Shown in pieces: positions 19,070 to 28,631 of a stretch of DNA of 64,000 nt. Position 1 is the stretch's first letter; every line of letters begins with the position of its first letter. The notes beneath the pieces are model-generated. The model was not told where the DNA came from and did not search any database. It saw nothing but the letters and a program-made list of their open reading frames with translations. Location of the stretch: positions 1 through 64,000 of the IMG/VR virus record IMGVR_UViG_3300036668_000173. The stretch is one strand, 5' to 3'. The position numbers and the translations under genes are program-made. The stretch comes from a virus.

Positions 19070-20437
19070 ATGTTTAATGCAGAAAATTTAATCGAAAAAT
19101 GGTCGCCCGTTCTGAATGCAGAAGAAGCACCAGCAATCGGTAATAAGTACAAGAAGGCTGTTATTGCCAAGATTCTTGAGAACACAGAAGCCGCTCTTGC
19201 GGAAGAACGTGGTCAACAGATGTATTTGTCAGAAGCCGCTCCAACCAACTCAACTGGTGGCGCTATCAGTAATTGGGATCCAATCTTAATTTCTTTGGTT
19301 CGTCGTGCAATGCCTAACTTGATGGCATACGACGTTGCATCAGTTCAGCCTATGTCGGGCCCAACTGGTTTAATCTTTGCAATGAAGTCACGTTACAAAG
19401 ACAACGCCAACCGCTTAAACTCTACCGAAGCATTGTACGGTGAAGCTAAGACAGACTTTAGCTCAAGCTCATTCAACGGTACCTCACAGAACCGTAAAAG
19501 CGGTACTCATGGTGGTAACTCTTCGTCATTGCCAGGAACCGACGACGTTCCTTCAGGTGGTGATGATATTGATGACTTGTTTGGTTTTGGTGGTGGTATG
19601 TCAACCGCCGAATCAGAAGCCTTAGGCGACGCATCAAATAACGAGTTCGCTGAAATGTCATTCACGATCGAACGCGCAACTGTTACCGCTCGTTCACGTG
19701 CTTTGAAGTCAGAGTACACGATGGAAATGGCTCAAGACTTAAAGGCAGTTCATGGTCTCGAGGCAGAATCAGAGTTGGCTAACATCATGACAGCCGAACT
19801 CTTATTCGAAATCAACCGCGAATTGATCCGTACAATTAACTCACGAGCCAAACTTGGTTCACAACAAACTGATTTAGCTACCCCAGGCATTTTTGACTTA
19901 GACGTCGATGCCGATGGTCGTTGGTCAGGTGAGAAGTACAAAGGTCTCTTGGTTCAGTTGTCACGCGAAGCTAACGTAATTGCTCGTGAAACACGTCGTG
20001 GTAAGGGTAACTTCATTATCTGTTCTTCAGACGTTGCTACAGCACTTCAGGCAACTGGCTTGTTGGACTACGCTCCTGCATTAGCCGCTAACGCCAACTT
20101 GACTGTTGACGACACTGCAAACACCTTTGCTGGTGTATTACGTGGTGGTATGAAGGTTTATGTTGATCCATATGCAACTGTTAACTATGTTACTGTTGGT
20201 TACCGTGGTGCGACCGCCTATGATGCAGGTATGTTCTACTGCCCATACGTGCCTCTCACAATGGTTCGTGCAGTTGGTGAGAATACTTTCCAACCAAAAA
20301 TTGGTTTCAAAACTCGCTACGGCATGGTTGCGAACCCATTTGTTGGTGCTACTCCTGGTAACGATATTGGTGCAATTCGTGGCAACCAATACTACCGTAT
20401 TTTCAAAGTAGAAAACATCTTGGGCGAAGGCGTATAA
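19070..20437 (+). CDS. gp23: Major capsid protein gp23
   Basis: VQPMSGPTGLIFAM, ARSRALKSEY, FYCPYVPL, FQPKIGFKTRYG. Confidence 0.98.
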   Translation: MFNAENLIEKWSPVLNAEEAPAIGNKYKKAVIAKILENTEAALAEERGQQMYLSEAAPTNSTGGAISNWDPILISLVRRAMPNLMAYDVASVQPMSGPTGLIFAMKSRYKDNANRLNSTEALYGEAKTDFSSSSFNGTSQNRKSGTHGGNSSSLPGTDDVPSGGDDIDDLFGFGGGMSTAESEALGDASNNEFAEMSFTIERATVTARSRALKSEYTMEMAQDLKAVHGLEAESELANIMTAELLFEINRELIRTINSRAKLGSQQTDLATPGIFDLDVDADGRWSGEKYKGLLVQLSREANVIARETRRGKGNFIICSSDVATALQATGLLDYAPALAANANLTVDDTANTFAGVLRGGMKVYVDPYATVNYVTVGYRGATAYDAGMFYCPYVPLTMVRAVGENTFQPKIGFKTRYGMVANPFVGATPGNDIGAIRGNQYYRIFKVENILGEGV

Positions 20438-20475
20438 GCCAACGTCACAGATATAATCTGTAACATGTACTAAAT

Positions 20476-20501
20476 AAAGGGAGACTTCGGTCTCCCTTTT
20501 T
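20476..20501 (+). terminator. Rho-independent terminator after gp23
   Basis: aaagggagac-ttcg-gtctccctttt: C(UUCG)G tetraloop and U-tract. Confidence 0.9.
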
Positions 20502-20530
20502 GTATAGGTGAAAATGGAATAATGAGAAAT

Positions 20531-20791
20531 TTAATAAATTGATCGACCTAATAACTTATTAATATTTAAACCATAGTCTTCGGCTCTAGAACCTGCCGCA
20601 CTTTCTGCTACGACTATTAAAATTTCCCAATAGGCTTCGTCGTACCGTGTTAATTTATACTCATCATGAACTGCTTGAGCATTTTCCAGATCAACACCCT
20701 CATCAGATAAATACATACTAGGACTAGTTGTTAGCTCAAGCGCTTCGAGCTCTTTCATAAAATTGTAGTATTTGACTTTATTTACCAACAT
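20531..20791 (-). CDS. Hypothetical early protein
   Basis: Minus-strand ORF with aaagga RBS downstream of a sigma70-like promoter. Confidence 0.6.
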   Translation of the reverse strand: MLVNKVKYYNFMKELEALELTTSPSMYLSDEGVDLENAQAVHDEYKLTRYDEAYWEILIVVAESAAGSRAEDYGLNINKLLGRSIY

Positions 20792-20820
20792 TTTGTTTCC
20801 TTTGGATTTTTTTTATTTAC

Positions 20821-20837
20821 TATACAGTGATTATACC
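20821..20837 (-). promoter_or_regulatory. Early (sigma70-like) promoter -10 region GGTATAATCACTGTATA
   Basis: Reverse complement of tatacagtgattatacc; near-identical copy at 21601-21617. Confidence 0.6.
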
Positions 20838-20855
20838 ACAAATCCCTAGGCTTTG

Positions 20856-21011
20856 TTATTTATATACTTCTTCTTCGTCTTCTGAAAAGTATTCGTATAA
20901 AGACTCTGTTGCCACATCAAGTAAATGCTTACGTAATTCGTCGACTTGAGCTTGAGTACAACCTGATCACTTAAACATCTCTAATTCCGAAAAGCTGAAT
21001 TTAATTTCCAT
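20856..21011 (-). pseudogene. 51-codon ORF with one in-frame TGA (MEIKFSFSELEMFK*SGCTQAQ...EEVYK)
   Basis: Strong RBS (ggagcagga); TGA at codon 15 (20967-20969); frame continues to TAA at 20856. Confidence 0.5.
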
Positions 21012-21037
21012 TTCCTGCTCCTAGTGTGTTAGTGTTA

Positions 21038-21250
21038 TTAAATTTGTGATAGTTGAATGTCAAAAGAGTGACGCTTCATTTTAATGTCATACAAATGAAC
21101 ACTGGTTACAATACCAACAGATTTTCCCATTTGATCCAAAGCAAAAAACAATGCTGTGTTTTGTAGCAAAGAATCACCACTGCATTGTTTTTTCAATGCG
21201 GCGCGAGTTGTATAAAAAGTAATTCCGTTTACAATGGCACGAATTTTCAT
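21038..21250 (-). CDS. Hypothetical early protein
   Basis: RBS agga; same minus-strand operon. Confidence 0.6.
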   Translation of the reverse strand: MKIRAIVNGITFYTTRAALKKQCSGDSLLQNTALFFALDQMGKSVGIVTSVHLYDIKMKRHSFDIQLSQI

Positions 21251-21266
21251 TTTTTATCCTAGTATG

Positions 21267-21572
21267 TTAGTGTACGTTTAATACGGTCTCATTTATTTTT
21301 CTTGCGTGATCTTCGAACTCTACTATTGCCAAAATAGCTCTATATACTTCTTTATCAGAAGCCTTGGATCCTAAATCAAAGACCTTAGCCATAATTGGAA
21401 CATCTAAGTTCACTTTTCTACCAACATCGGTATATCCATTAACAGTATCCGAAGCGTCGTACATAACGCTACATGCATCACGATAAAGAGGAAAGTGATT
21501 ATATTTTAATGCCCATGCCGCGAACACTGCTGAACCGTTATAAACAATTTTCCAATCATTCAATGTATTCAT
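21267..21572 (-). CDS. Hypothetical early protein
   Basis: RBS aaggga; directly downstream of the promoter at 21601-21617. Confidence 0.6.
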   Translation of the reverse strand: MNTLNDWKIVYNGSAVFAAWALKYNHFPLYRDACSVMYDASDTVNGYTDVGRKVNLDVPIMAKVFDLGSKASDKEVYRAILAIVEFEDHARKINETVLNVH

Positions 21573-21600
21573 CTCATTTCCCTTCGTGCTTGTTGTTCGG

Positions 21601-21617
21601 TATACAGTAATTGTACC
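21601..21617 (-). promoter_or_regulatory. Early promoter -10 region GGTACAATTACTGTATA
   Basis: Paralog of the 20821-20837 motif; divergent from the late promoter at 21661. Confidence 0.6.
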
Positions 21618-21660
21618 CTAGTTTTACAAAAAAGTGAAGGGGTTTGATGTTTATTTTTTG

Positions 21661-21668
21661 TATAAATA
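21661..21668 (+). promoter_or_regulatory. Late promoter TATAAATA upstream of gp3
   Basis: Exact consensus. Confidence 0.75.
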
Positions 21669-21697
21669 ACAAATAATACTTTCGACGGAATTCTGTA

Positions 21698-22207
21698 ATG
21701 ATATATAAAAATAGTGTGGACTTCAATAAACCCGACCCTCTAAAGCCGAACGCATCCTTTGCGCTCCCTGCTAACTTCAGACTGATCATAGATGGGCAGA
21801 AATACCAGAATGCCATGTTCTCGGTACAAAGGGTGGCTTTGCCCACTATCTCTGCCCAACCCGCCCCCAACAACCTACCTCAAAGGAACATTGGGTTTAC
21901 GCCAGATAAACTGACCTATGAGGATTTAGAGATATCATTTTTAATCGACGAAAATTTTACGAACTATCGAGAGATACACGATTGGATCTATGGACTTGTT
22001 AACGAAAACGACGAGCCAGCCATACCAAAATATAGGGACATAACTCTAGTAGGTCTGAGTTCACACAACAACCCAATCGTAGAATTTAAATTTGTCAATA
22101 CCTTTCCTATATCTTTGTCGTCACTTCAGTTCGACTCGACCTCCTCGGACGCTGAATACCTAATCGGTAATGTGACCTTTCACTACTCTTATTTCAGGAT
22201 AACATAA
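21698..22207 (+). CDS. gp3: Tail completion / tube terminator gp3-like
   Basis: Tube-fold motifs (FLIDENFTNYREIHDW, FPISLS); gp23-gp3-uvsY-uvsW synteny. Confidence 0.75.
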   Translation: MIYKNSVDFNKPDPLKPNASFALPANFRLIIDGQKYQNAMFSVQRVALPTISAQPAPNNLPQRNIGFTPDKLTYEDLEISFLIDENFTNYREIHDWIYGLVNENDEPAIPKYRDITLVGLSSHNNPIVEFKFVNTFPISLSSLQFDSTSSDAEYLIGNVTFHYSYFRIT

Positions 22208-22650
22208 TGGATCGCATGTTTTTAGTACAATCACTCAGTAGTATTTTAGCTACGACATACACCTTTCAACTAAAGGCACATAAGTATCATTGGAATGTCG
22301 AAGGATCTGATTTTCTGGTGTACCATAAATTTTTTGGCAAAATTTACACAGAGGCTCATGATGCAACGGATTTGATTGCCGAGAGTATACGAACGCTCGA
22401 TGCGTTGGCTCCAGGCTCCCTTGATGAGTTCAACACCCTATCGGCAATTAGTTGTGACACCGAACCAACCGTTTCTTCGAGTACAATGCTAAATAACCTT
22501 GAAGAAGACAATTTGACAATTATCGAATTGTTAAAGGTCGGTATCATGAAATCACAAGAATTACATTATGAAGATGTCGCAGATCTACTGATAACCCGAC
22601 TAGCCGTACACGAAAAACATAAGTGGATGTTTAGATCCATGAGAAGTTAA
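22207..22650 (+). CDS. dps: Dps-family ferritin-like DNA protection protein
   Basis: KAHKYHWNVEG..F...HKFF...Y.E.....DLIAESIR ferroxidase signature; HEKHKWMF end. Confidence 0.85.
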   Translation: MDRMFLVQSLSSILATTYTFQLKAHKYHWNVEGSDFLVYHKFFGKIYTEAHDATDLIAESIRTLDALAPGSLDEFNTLSAISCDTEPTVSSSTMLNNLEEDNLTIIELLKVGIMKSQELHYEDVADLLITRLAVHEKHKWMFRSMRS

Positions 22651-22672
22651 TTATTTGAGAAGGAATTAAATT

Positions 22673-23119
22673 ATGATAAAACTTGATGATGTGTTAGAGA
22701 TGTGGAAAAAGGACTCAGTGATTGACGATATAAACATAGACAAGTCTTCTATCGAGTCAGCCAAGCTTCACTCTAAGTACCTTGAAATTTTGACTATATA
22801 TAAGTTACATGTAAAGAAAAAGGAAATGGAGTTCAAGGTTCTCTTGAAAGATAAATGGCTTTGGTACAACAACAAAATGACCAAAGCCGAGATCGATGAA
22901 CGTGGTTGGGACTACGACCCTACATCAGGGTTGAAGTTATTGAAAGGAGACATGGAATATTTTTACAATTCTGATCCCCACATTCAACGCGCTCAATCTC
23001 ATATTGATTACTTAAAGACTACCGTAGACGCCGTTTCCGAAATTTTAGAAAACATAAAGTGGCGCCACCAAAATATTAAAAATATAATTTCGTGGAGACA
23101 GTTTACCTCTGGGATGTAG
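22673..23119 (+). CDS. uvsY: Recombination mediator UvsY
   Basis: WKKDS.ID, KLHSKYL, IKNIISWRQF; precedes uvsW. Confidence 0.85.
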   Translation: MIKLDDVLEMWKKDSVIDDINIDKSSIESAKLHSKYLEILTIYKLHVKKKEMEFKVLLKDKWLWYNNKMTKAEIDERGWDYDPTSGLKLLKGDMEYFYNSDPHIQRAQSHIDYLKTTVDAVSEILENIKWRHQNIKNIISWRQFTSGM

Positions 23120-23125
23120 AGACTT

Positions 23126-24634
23126 GTGGACATTATAAAAGTACGTAAAAAGAATCATGCATATTTGCATGTAGAGTCGTCACCTTCGGTCATGAACGAG
23201 TTGACCGACTTTTTTACGTTCTATGTCCCGGGGTATAAATTCACACCCAACTATAAGAACAAAATCTGGGATGGAAAAATATATCTCTATAACTCTAGAA
23301 GTCGTGAACTTTACACTGGTCTTTTTAAGTACCTCGAAGAGTTTGCTTACGCCAAGGGTAGAGACTACAAAATAGAGCTTGAGCACGACTCATATTATGG
23401 TTACCCAAATTCTTGTGAAACCGAAATTGATATGGACTTTATTAATGGTCTTATCATTACATCAAACGGTGAAAAGATAGTTCCTAGAGACTATCAGTTA
23501 CAAGCCGTACAGCACGGTTTAATGAACCGCCAAGGGGTTCTTGTTTCACCTACAGGTTCGGGTAAGTCTCTCATCATTTACCTATTGATTCGTCATTACC
23601 TAAAGACTCACAATAAAAAGATTTTGATTGTCGTACCCTCTACCTCTTTGGTTCAACAGATGTATGGAGACTTTAAAGATTATTCATCATTGGATGAGTC
23701 TTTTGATGCCGACGAATCGTGTCACCTGATTTACGCTGGAAAAGAAAAACATAAAATAGATAAAAATATTGTCATCACTACATGGCAATCAATCTACCAG
23801 ATGCAACCAAAATGGTTTTTACAGTTTGGTGCAGTGTTTGGGGACGAGTGCCACCTTTTCAAAGCTAAGTCACTAATCACTATTTTGACTAATCTAAAAG
23901 ATGCCTCATATCGATTTGGTACTACGGGTACGCTTTCTGGGGCGCTCACACATCAATTGGTTCTTGAAGGAATCTTTGGCCCTGCTCACTATGTCACGAC
24001 AACAAAAAATTTGATGGATTCAGGAGATCTTGCAAGCCTAAAAATTAATATTTTGTTACTCAAGTATGAACCAAAACATTGCATAGATATGAAGAAGGCA
24101 AAATATCAATCAGAGATCAATTTCATCGTACAACACGAGCCCCGTAATAGGTTCATAACAAACCTTGCCCTAGACCTAGATGGGAATACATTAGTACTAT
24201 TTCAGTATGTCGAAAAACAGGGTAAGCCCTTGTTTAAACTTATATCGGAAAAGGCACATGAAAGAAGAAAAGTGTTTTATGTATCAGGCGAGACCCCTGT
24301 GGATGATAGAGAGGCGGTTAGGGGTATTGTTGAACAGGAGAAGAATTCTATTATCGTTGCATCATCGGGTGTGTTCTCGGCAGGTGTAAACATTAGGAAT
24401 GTACACAACATTATTTTTGCATCACCTTCAAAATCTCAAATCAAAGTTCTTCAATCTATTGGGCGTGGACTTCGAAAGTCAGACAACGGAAAAGAAACAG
24501 TACTATATGATATAGCCGACGACCTACACCACTTATCCTACAAGAACCACACACTGAAACACTCTGGAGAAAGAATCAAAATATACTCTCGAGAAAAGTT
24601 TATATATAAGATATATGAGATAGAACTTAAATAG
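23126..24634 (+). CDS. uvsW: UvsW SF2 helicase
   Basis: PTGSGKS, DECH, GTTGT, QSIGRGLR. Confidence 0.95.
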   Translation: MDIIKVRKKNHAYLHVESSPSVMNELTDFFTFYVPGYKFTPNYKNKIWDGKIYLYNSRSRELYTGLFKYLEEFAYAKGRDYKIELEHDSYYGYPNSCETEIDMDFINGLIITSNGEKIVPRDYQLQAVQHGLMNRQGVLVSPTGSGKSLIIYLLIRHYLKTHNKKILIVVPSTSLVQQMYGDFKDYSSLDESFDADESCHLIYAGKEKHKIDKNIVITTWQSIYQMQPKWFLQFGAVFGDECHLFKAKSLITILTNLKDASYRFGTTGTLSGALTHQLVLEGIFGPAHYVTTTKNLMDSGDLASLKINILLLKYEPKHCIDMKKAKYQSEINFIVQHEPRNRFITNLALDLDGNTLVLFQYVEKQGKPLFKLISEKAHERRKVFYVSGETPVDDREAVRGIVEQEKNSIIVASSGVFSAGVNIRNVHNIIFASPSKSQIKVLQSIGRGLRKSDNGKETVLYDIADDLHHLSYKNHTLKHSGERIKIYSREKFIYKIYEIELK

Positions 24635-24643
24635 GATATAAAA

Positions 24644-25045
24644 ATGGATGAATTAGATGATGTAGACATTAGACAATTTAAATTGTCTTCTGGAGATGAA
24701 ATTGTTGGAATGGTAAAAGCAGATGACCCAACATCAGTTACGGTCATGCAACCCTTAAAGTTAAACTCTTCAAATGATGAAGATTTTACTTCGTATTCTT
24801 TTGTAGAATGGATACCCCTTAGCAAAGAACCTATCTGTGCTATTTCAAAGCTACACATCATAACTTTTGTAGAGTGCAACAACTTTATAAAAGAAAAGTA
24901 TGTACGTATGTTCACTGATGAAAATGGTCGCACTTCTGTAGAAGACTTTATTGATCTTGATGCTAAGTGCAGTGACTCTGACTTTGATGATGAATATGAC
25001 TTTGACTCTATCGAACCACCCACTAGCAAAGCTAAGTTACATTAA
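24644..25045 (+). CDS. Conserved T4-like hypothetical protein (Sm-like KLSSGDEI fold)
   Basis: FKLSSGDEIVG motif; located between uvsW and gp55. Confidence 0.65.
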   Translation: MDELDDVDIRQFKLSSGDEIVGMVKADDPTSVTVMQPLKLNSSNDEDFTSYSFVEWIPLSKEPICAISKLHIITFVECNNFIKEKYVRMFTDENGRTSVEDFIDLDAKCSDSDFDDEYDFDSIEPPTSKAKLH

Positions 25046-25155
25046 CTTGTGTCCTATACTCTACCCCCGGCCACCGTAGATAGAGTTTATAGTAAAAATG
25101 AGGAGTTGTCAATACTTATTTTAAATTTATTTGATATTTTAAAATTATCATATTT

Positions 25156-25165
25156 GTGTTATAAT
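25156..25165 (+). promoter_or_regulatory. Extended -10 promoter (GTGnTATAAT) upstream of gp55; similar elements at 28597-28606, 43536-43545 and 44991-45000
   Basis: Recurrent GTG(G/T)TATAAT at gene boundaries of the replication genes. Confidence 0.55.
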
Positions 25166-25197
25166 TATGCAACATTTGAGGGGAAGAAAAATTTTAT

Positions 25198-25815
25198 ATG
25201 TCACACGAAGAAAAAACAAAAACAGAGTTAACTAAGGCAAAGGATAGCCCAAATTACGTCAACAATAAAGAGTTTGTTAGCGCAGTGGTGGAATATGTCG
25301 CCAAAGTCAATCAGGCAAAGAAAGACGAAAAGCCTATACCAATCGTTCCAGATTACCTAGCAATATGCTTTTTAAAGATCTCTGAGGGGCTATCCCACAA
25401 GCATAACTTCATCAGGTATACCTATAGAGAAGAAATGGTAATGGATGGTGTAGAGACGTGTCTGAAGGGTATTACGATGTACGACATCAATGCTAAGACT
25501 CGAACAGGTTCGCCTAATGCCTTTGGCTATTTTACCCAGATTTGCTTCTGGTCGTTCCTTCGAAGAATCGCAAAAGAGAAGAAGCAACAAGACATCAAAA
25601 TGAAGTTCATGTCCGAGTGTTTTATCGAAGACTTAGTTCAATTTGACGATCTGGACGATTTTGACTACAATGCCAACAAACCATTTTTAGATCACCTCTT
25701 AGAGCGCATTAATCAAGTAAAAAATCATGACACTCAAATTAAAGAGTTTGGTAAAAAAATAAAAAAGAGTAAAAAGGAGATACCTCTTTCGATCCTTCAA
25801 TTGTTTATGGAATAA
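25198..25815 (+). CDS. gp55: Late sigma factor gp55
   Basis: YVNNKEF, NFIRYTYREEMVMDG, NAFGYFTQI, RRIAKEKKQ. Confidence 0.95.
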   Translation: MSHEEKTKTELTKAKDSPNYVNNKEFVSAVVEYVAKVNQAKKDEKPIPIVPDYLAICFLKISEGLSHKHNFIRYTYREEMVMDGVETCLKGITMYDINAKTRTGSPNAFGYFTQICFWSFLRRIAKEKKQQDIKMKFMSECFIEDLVQFDDLDDFDYNANKPFLDHLLERINQVKNHDTQIKEFGKKIKKSKKEIPLSILQLFME

Positions 25816-25822
25816 TTATATT

Positions 25823-26890
25823 ATGAAAATAGCGATTCTCAACGACACCCATTGTGGTGTTCGTAAGTCTGCAGATACGTTTATTAAATATCAGGAAAGG
25901 TTCTACACCGAGATCTTTTTTCCTTATTTAAAAAAATACAGGATCAAACATATCTTGCATCTTGGTGATTACTATGACGATAGAAAGTCTTTAAACATCA
26001 AAGCGACCCGAGAGAATCGCAAACATTTTCTGGACGTGTTGATAAAAGACAAAATCAAGATGGATGTCATTTTGGGTAATCATGACGTTTTTTACAAGAA
26101 CACTAACGCAGTGAATTCTATTACTGAACTATTAAACTTTTATCCTGATAACATTAGAATCATTGAAGAGCCTACGGTAGTGGAATATGAATCTCTAAAG
26201 ATGGCTCTTATACCGTGGATAAACAATCAAAACTATCATGAGACTCTAAAATTCATTGACTCGTGTGGCACAGATTGGATGGCAGGACATTTTGAGTTTA
26301 GTGGCTTTGAAATGTCAAAGGGAAACATGAACCATCATGGTATGGAAGTGACCCCGTCATTTTCTAGATTTGAGTCCATTCTTTCTGGGCACTTTCATAC
26401 TAAGTCTTCGAAGGGGAACATTCACTACCTCGGTGCTCAAATGGAATTTACTCAGATCGATTGTAATGATCAAAAATACTTTCACATCTTAGACACCGAG
26501 ACCCGAGAGTTGGAGGCTATAAAAAATCCTTTGACCATATTTCAAACCATCATGTATGATGATACAAAGATGAACTACTTAAAAGAGTTTTACGTTTCTA
26601 CGGTAAAGCAAAAGTTTGTCAGATTGATTGTAGTCAATAAAACTGATCAATCTAAGCTAGACGCTTTTGTGACAAAACTTCAAGAGTCAGAGCTATACGA
26701 ATTGAAGATCGACGAAACCTTTAATGAGTTCCGTGGGGAGAACGTGAGTGATGAAAATATTATAATTGAAGATACGGGTACTCTATTAGACACCTATGTC
26801 GATTCGGTAGAAACTGATCTTGATAAAGAGAAAATTAAAACTGTGATGCGAGAATTGTATGCACAAGCCTGTAATGAGGAATTGACGTGA
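25823..26890 (+). CDS. gp47: Recombination endonuclease gp47 (Mre11/SbcD-like)
   Basis: DTHCG, LGDYYD, GNHD, SGHFH. Confidence 0.95.
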   Translation: MKIAILNDTHCGVRKSADTFIKYQERFYTEIFFPYLKKYRIKHILHLGDYYDDRKSLNIKATRENRKHFLDVLIKDKIKMDVILGNHDVFYKNTNAVNSITELLNFYPDNIRIIEEPTVVEYESLKMALIPWINNQNYHETLKFIDSCGTDWMAGHFEFSGFEMSKGNMNHHGMEVTPSFSRFESILSGHFHTKSSKGNIHYLGAQMEFTQIDCNDQKYFHILDTETRELEAIKNPLTIFQTIMYDDTKMNYLKEFYVSTVKQKFVRLIVVNKTDQSKLDAFVTKLQESELYELKIDETFNEFRGENVSDENIIIEDTGTLLDTYVDSVETDLDKEKIKTVMRELYAQACNEELT

Positions 26891-28605
26891 TCATATTTAA
26901 GAAAATATCATGGATGAACTTTCTGTCTACAGGAAACAATCCTACAGAGATACAACTAGATCGTTCACCTACCACACTGATCGTAGGAAAAAATGGTACT
27001 GGTAAATCTACACTATTAGACGCCCTCTCATTTGTTTTGTTTGGTAAGGCACACCGAAACGTCAATAAGAATCAATTGATTAACTCAATCAATGGTAAGG
27101 GTGCGCTCGTCACAATAGATTTTACGATTGGCAACCAAGACTTTAAAATTGTCCGTGGAATTAAGCCAAACATTTTTGAGATCTACAGAAACGATAGTTT
27201 AGTCGATCAGACTTCACAATCTAGAGACTACCAGAAACACCTAGAGCAAAATATTCTTAAATTAAATCACAAGTCCTTTCATCAGATCGTGGTCTTAGGC
27301 TCCTCTTCGTTTGTTCCCTTTATGCAGTTGCCCTTGGCGTCGAGACGTGAAATCATTGAAGACCTTTTGGACATTCAAATATTTTCTAAGATGAATGCAA
27401 TCCTTAAAGAAAAAATGAGCATAGTGAAATCAGAGATTGTTGACATCAACCATACAATCTCTTTGGTAAAAGAGAAAATTGATATGCAGAAAAAGTATAT
27501 CACCGACATAACACAAATGACTTCTGATCAGGTAGAGGTCAAGAAGAAAAAGATAACTGAGATCTCAGAAGAAATCGAAGAATTAAATATAGACATTAAA
27601 ACCTACAAGGAATCTTTGAGTGGTGAGGACTCGTCCTTATCAGAAAAGGTTAAGGATCTTGTTGGAACTAAAATTAAGTTGATTGGGTATGAAGGACAGT
27701 TTAAGCAACAGATCAATAAGTTAGTAGCCGACACTAAATTCTATGAGACTAACGATAACTGTCCTACGTGCACTCAAGCAATTTCATTGGAGATTAAATC
27801 TGAGCAGTTGGAGAGCGCAAAATCAAATGCAAAAGAGTTGGCTTCGGCAATTGAAAAGAGTAAAGAAAAGACCATTAAGTTAGACGAACAAATCGCACGA
27901 TTAAATGAACAACTAGATATTTCAAAAAAGACACGCTCTGAGATATCTTTTACTCAGTCTACTATCACTAGACTTCAAAAACAGATTACAGATCTAAACA
28001 CTGAAATCACTGAAATGACTGGCTCGACAAATGATTTGAGTAAGGCACGAAGCGACTACGACGATCTTATAGAAGAGAGTGGCGTTTTGGTTGACAGAAA
28101 GTCTTCGGTGACCGATACGAAAAGCTATTATGAATTGTCTCAAGAAATGTTAAAGGATACAGGGATCAAAACTAAGATCATTAAGGAGTATATTCCTGTC
28201 ATGAATCAGTTGATAAATAGTTACTTGGGTATCCTTGACTTTTTTGTTTCGTTCAATCTTGACGAGAACTTTAATGAAGTGATCAGATCTAGGCATCGTG
28301 ACGACTTCAATTATGCTTCGTTCTCTGAAGGTGAAAAGCAAAGAATTAATTTGGCTTTGTTGTTCACATGGCGACAGGTGGCACGAATGAAAAATTCAAC
28401 GTCAACTAATTTGCTTTTGTTAGACGAAGTATTTGATGCTTCGATTGACGAGGCTGGCGTCGAGAATCTTATGAAAATTTTAGACACTTTGGACTCTGAC
28501 ACAAACGTCTTTGTTATCTCACACAAGGGTGAAATATTAGACGATAAGTTTAGATCAAAGATAGAATTTGTGAAGCACCACAACTTTTCTGAAATGGTGG
28601 TATAA
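26887..28605 (+). CDS. gp46: Recombination ATPase gp46 (Rad50/SbcC-like)
   Basis: GKNGTGKS, CPTC zinc hook, FSEGEK, LLDEVFD. Confidence 0.95.
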   Translation: MIIFKKISWMNFLSTGNNPTEIQLDRSPTTLIVGKNGTGKSTLLDALSFVLFGKAHRNVNKNQLINSINGKGALVTIDFTIGNQDFKIVRGIKPNIFEIYRNDSLVDQTSQSRDYQKHLEQNILKLNHKSFHQIVVLGSSSFVPFMQLPLASRREIIEDLLDIQIFSKMNAILKEKMSIVKSEIVDINHTISLVKEKIDMQKKYITDITQMTSDQVEVKKKKITEISEEIEELNIDIKTYKESLSGEDSSLSEKVKDLVGTKIKLIGYEGQFKQQINKLVADTKFYETNDNCPTCTQAISLEIKSEQLESAKSNAKELASAIEKSKEKTIKLDEQIARLNEQLDISKKTRSEISFTQSTITRLQKQITDLNTEITEMTGSTNDLSKARSDYDDLIEESGVLVDRKSSVTDTKSYYELSQEMLKDTGIKTKIIKEYIPVMNQLINSYLGILDFFVSFNLDENFNEVIRSRHRDDFNYASFSEGEKQRINLALLFTWRQVARMKNSTSTNLLLLDEVFDASIDEAGVENLMKILDTLDSDTNVFVISHKGEILDDKFRSKIEFVKHHNFSEMVV

Positions 28606-28631
28606 TTTTCAGAATTAAAAGGCGTACATAA

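Noticed and set aside
25049-25231. 60-aa ORF before gp55
   Set aside because: It spans an AT-rich promoter region, has a GTG start without RBS and has no recognisable features
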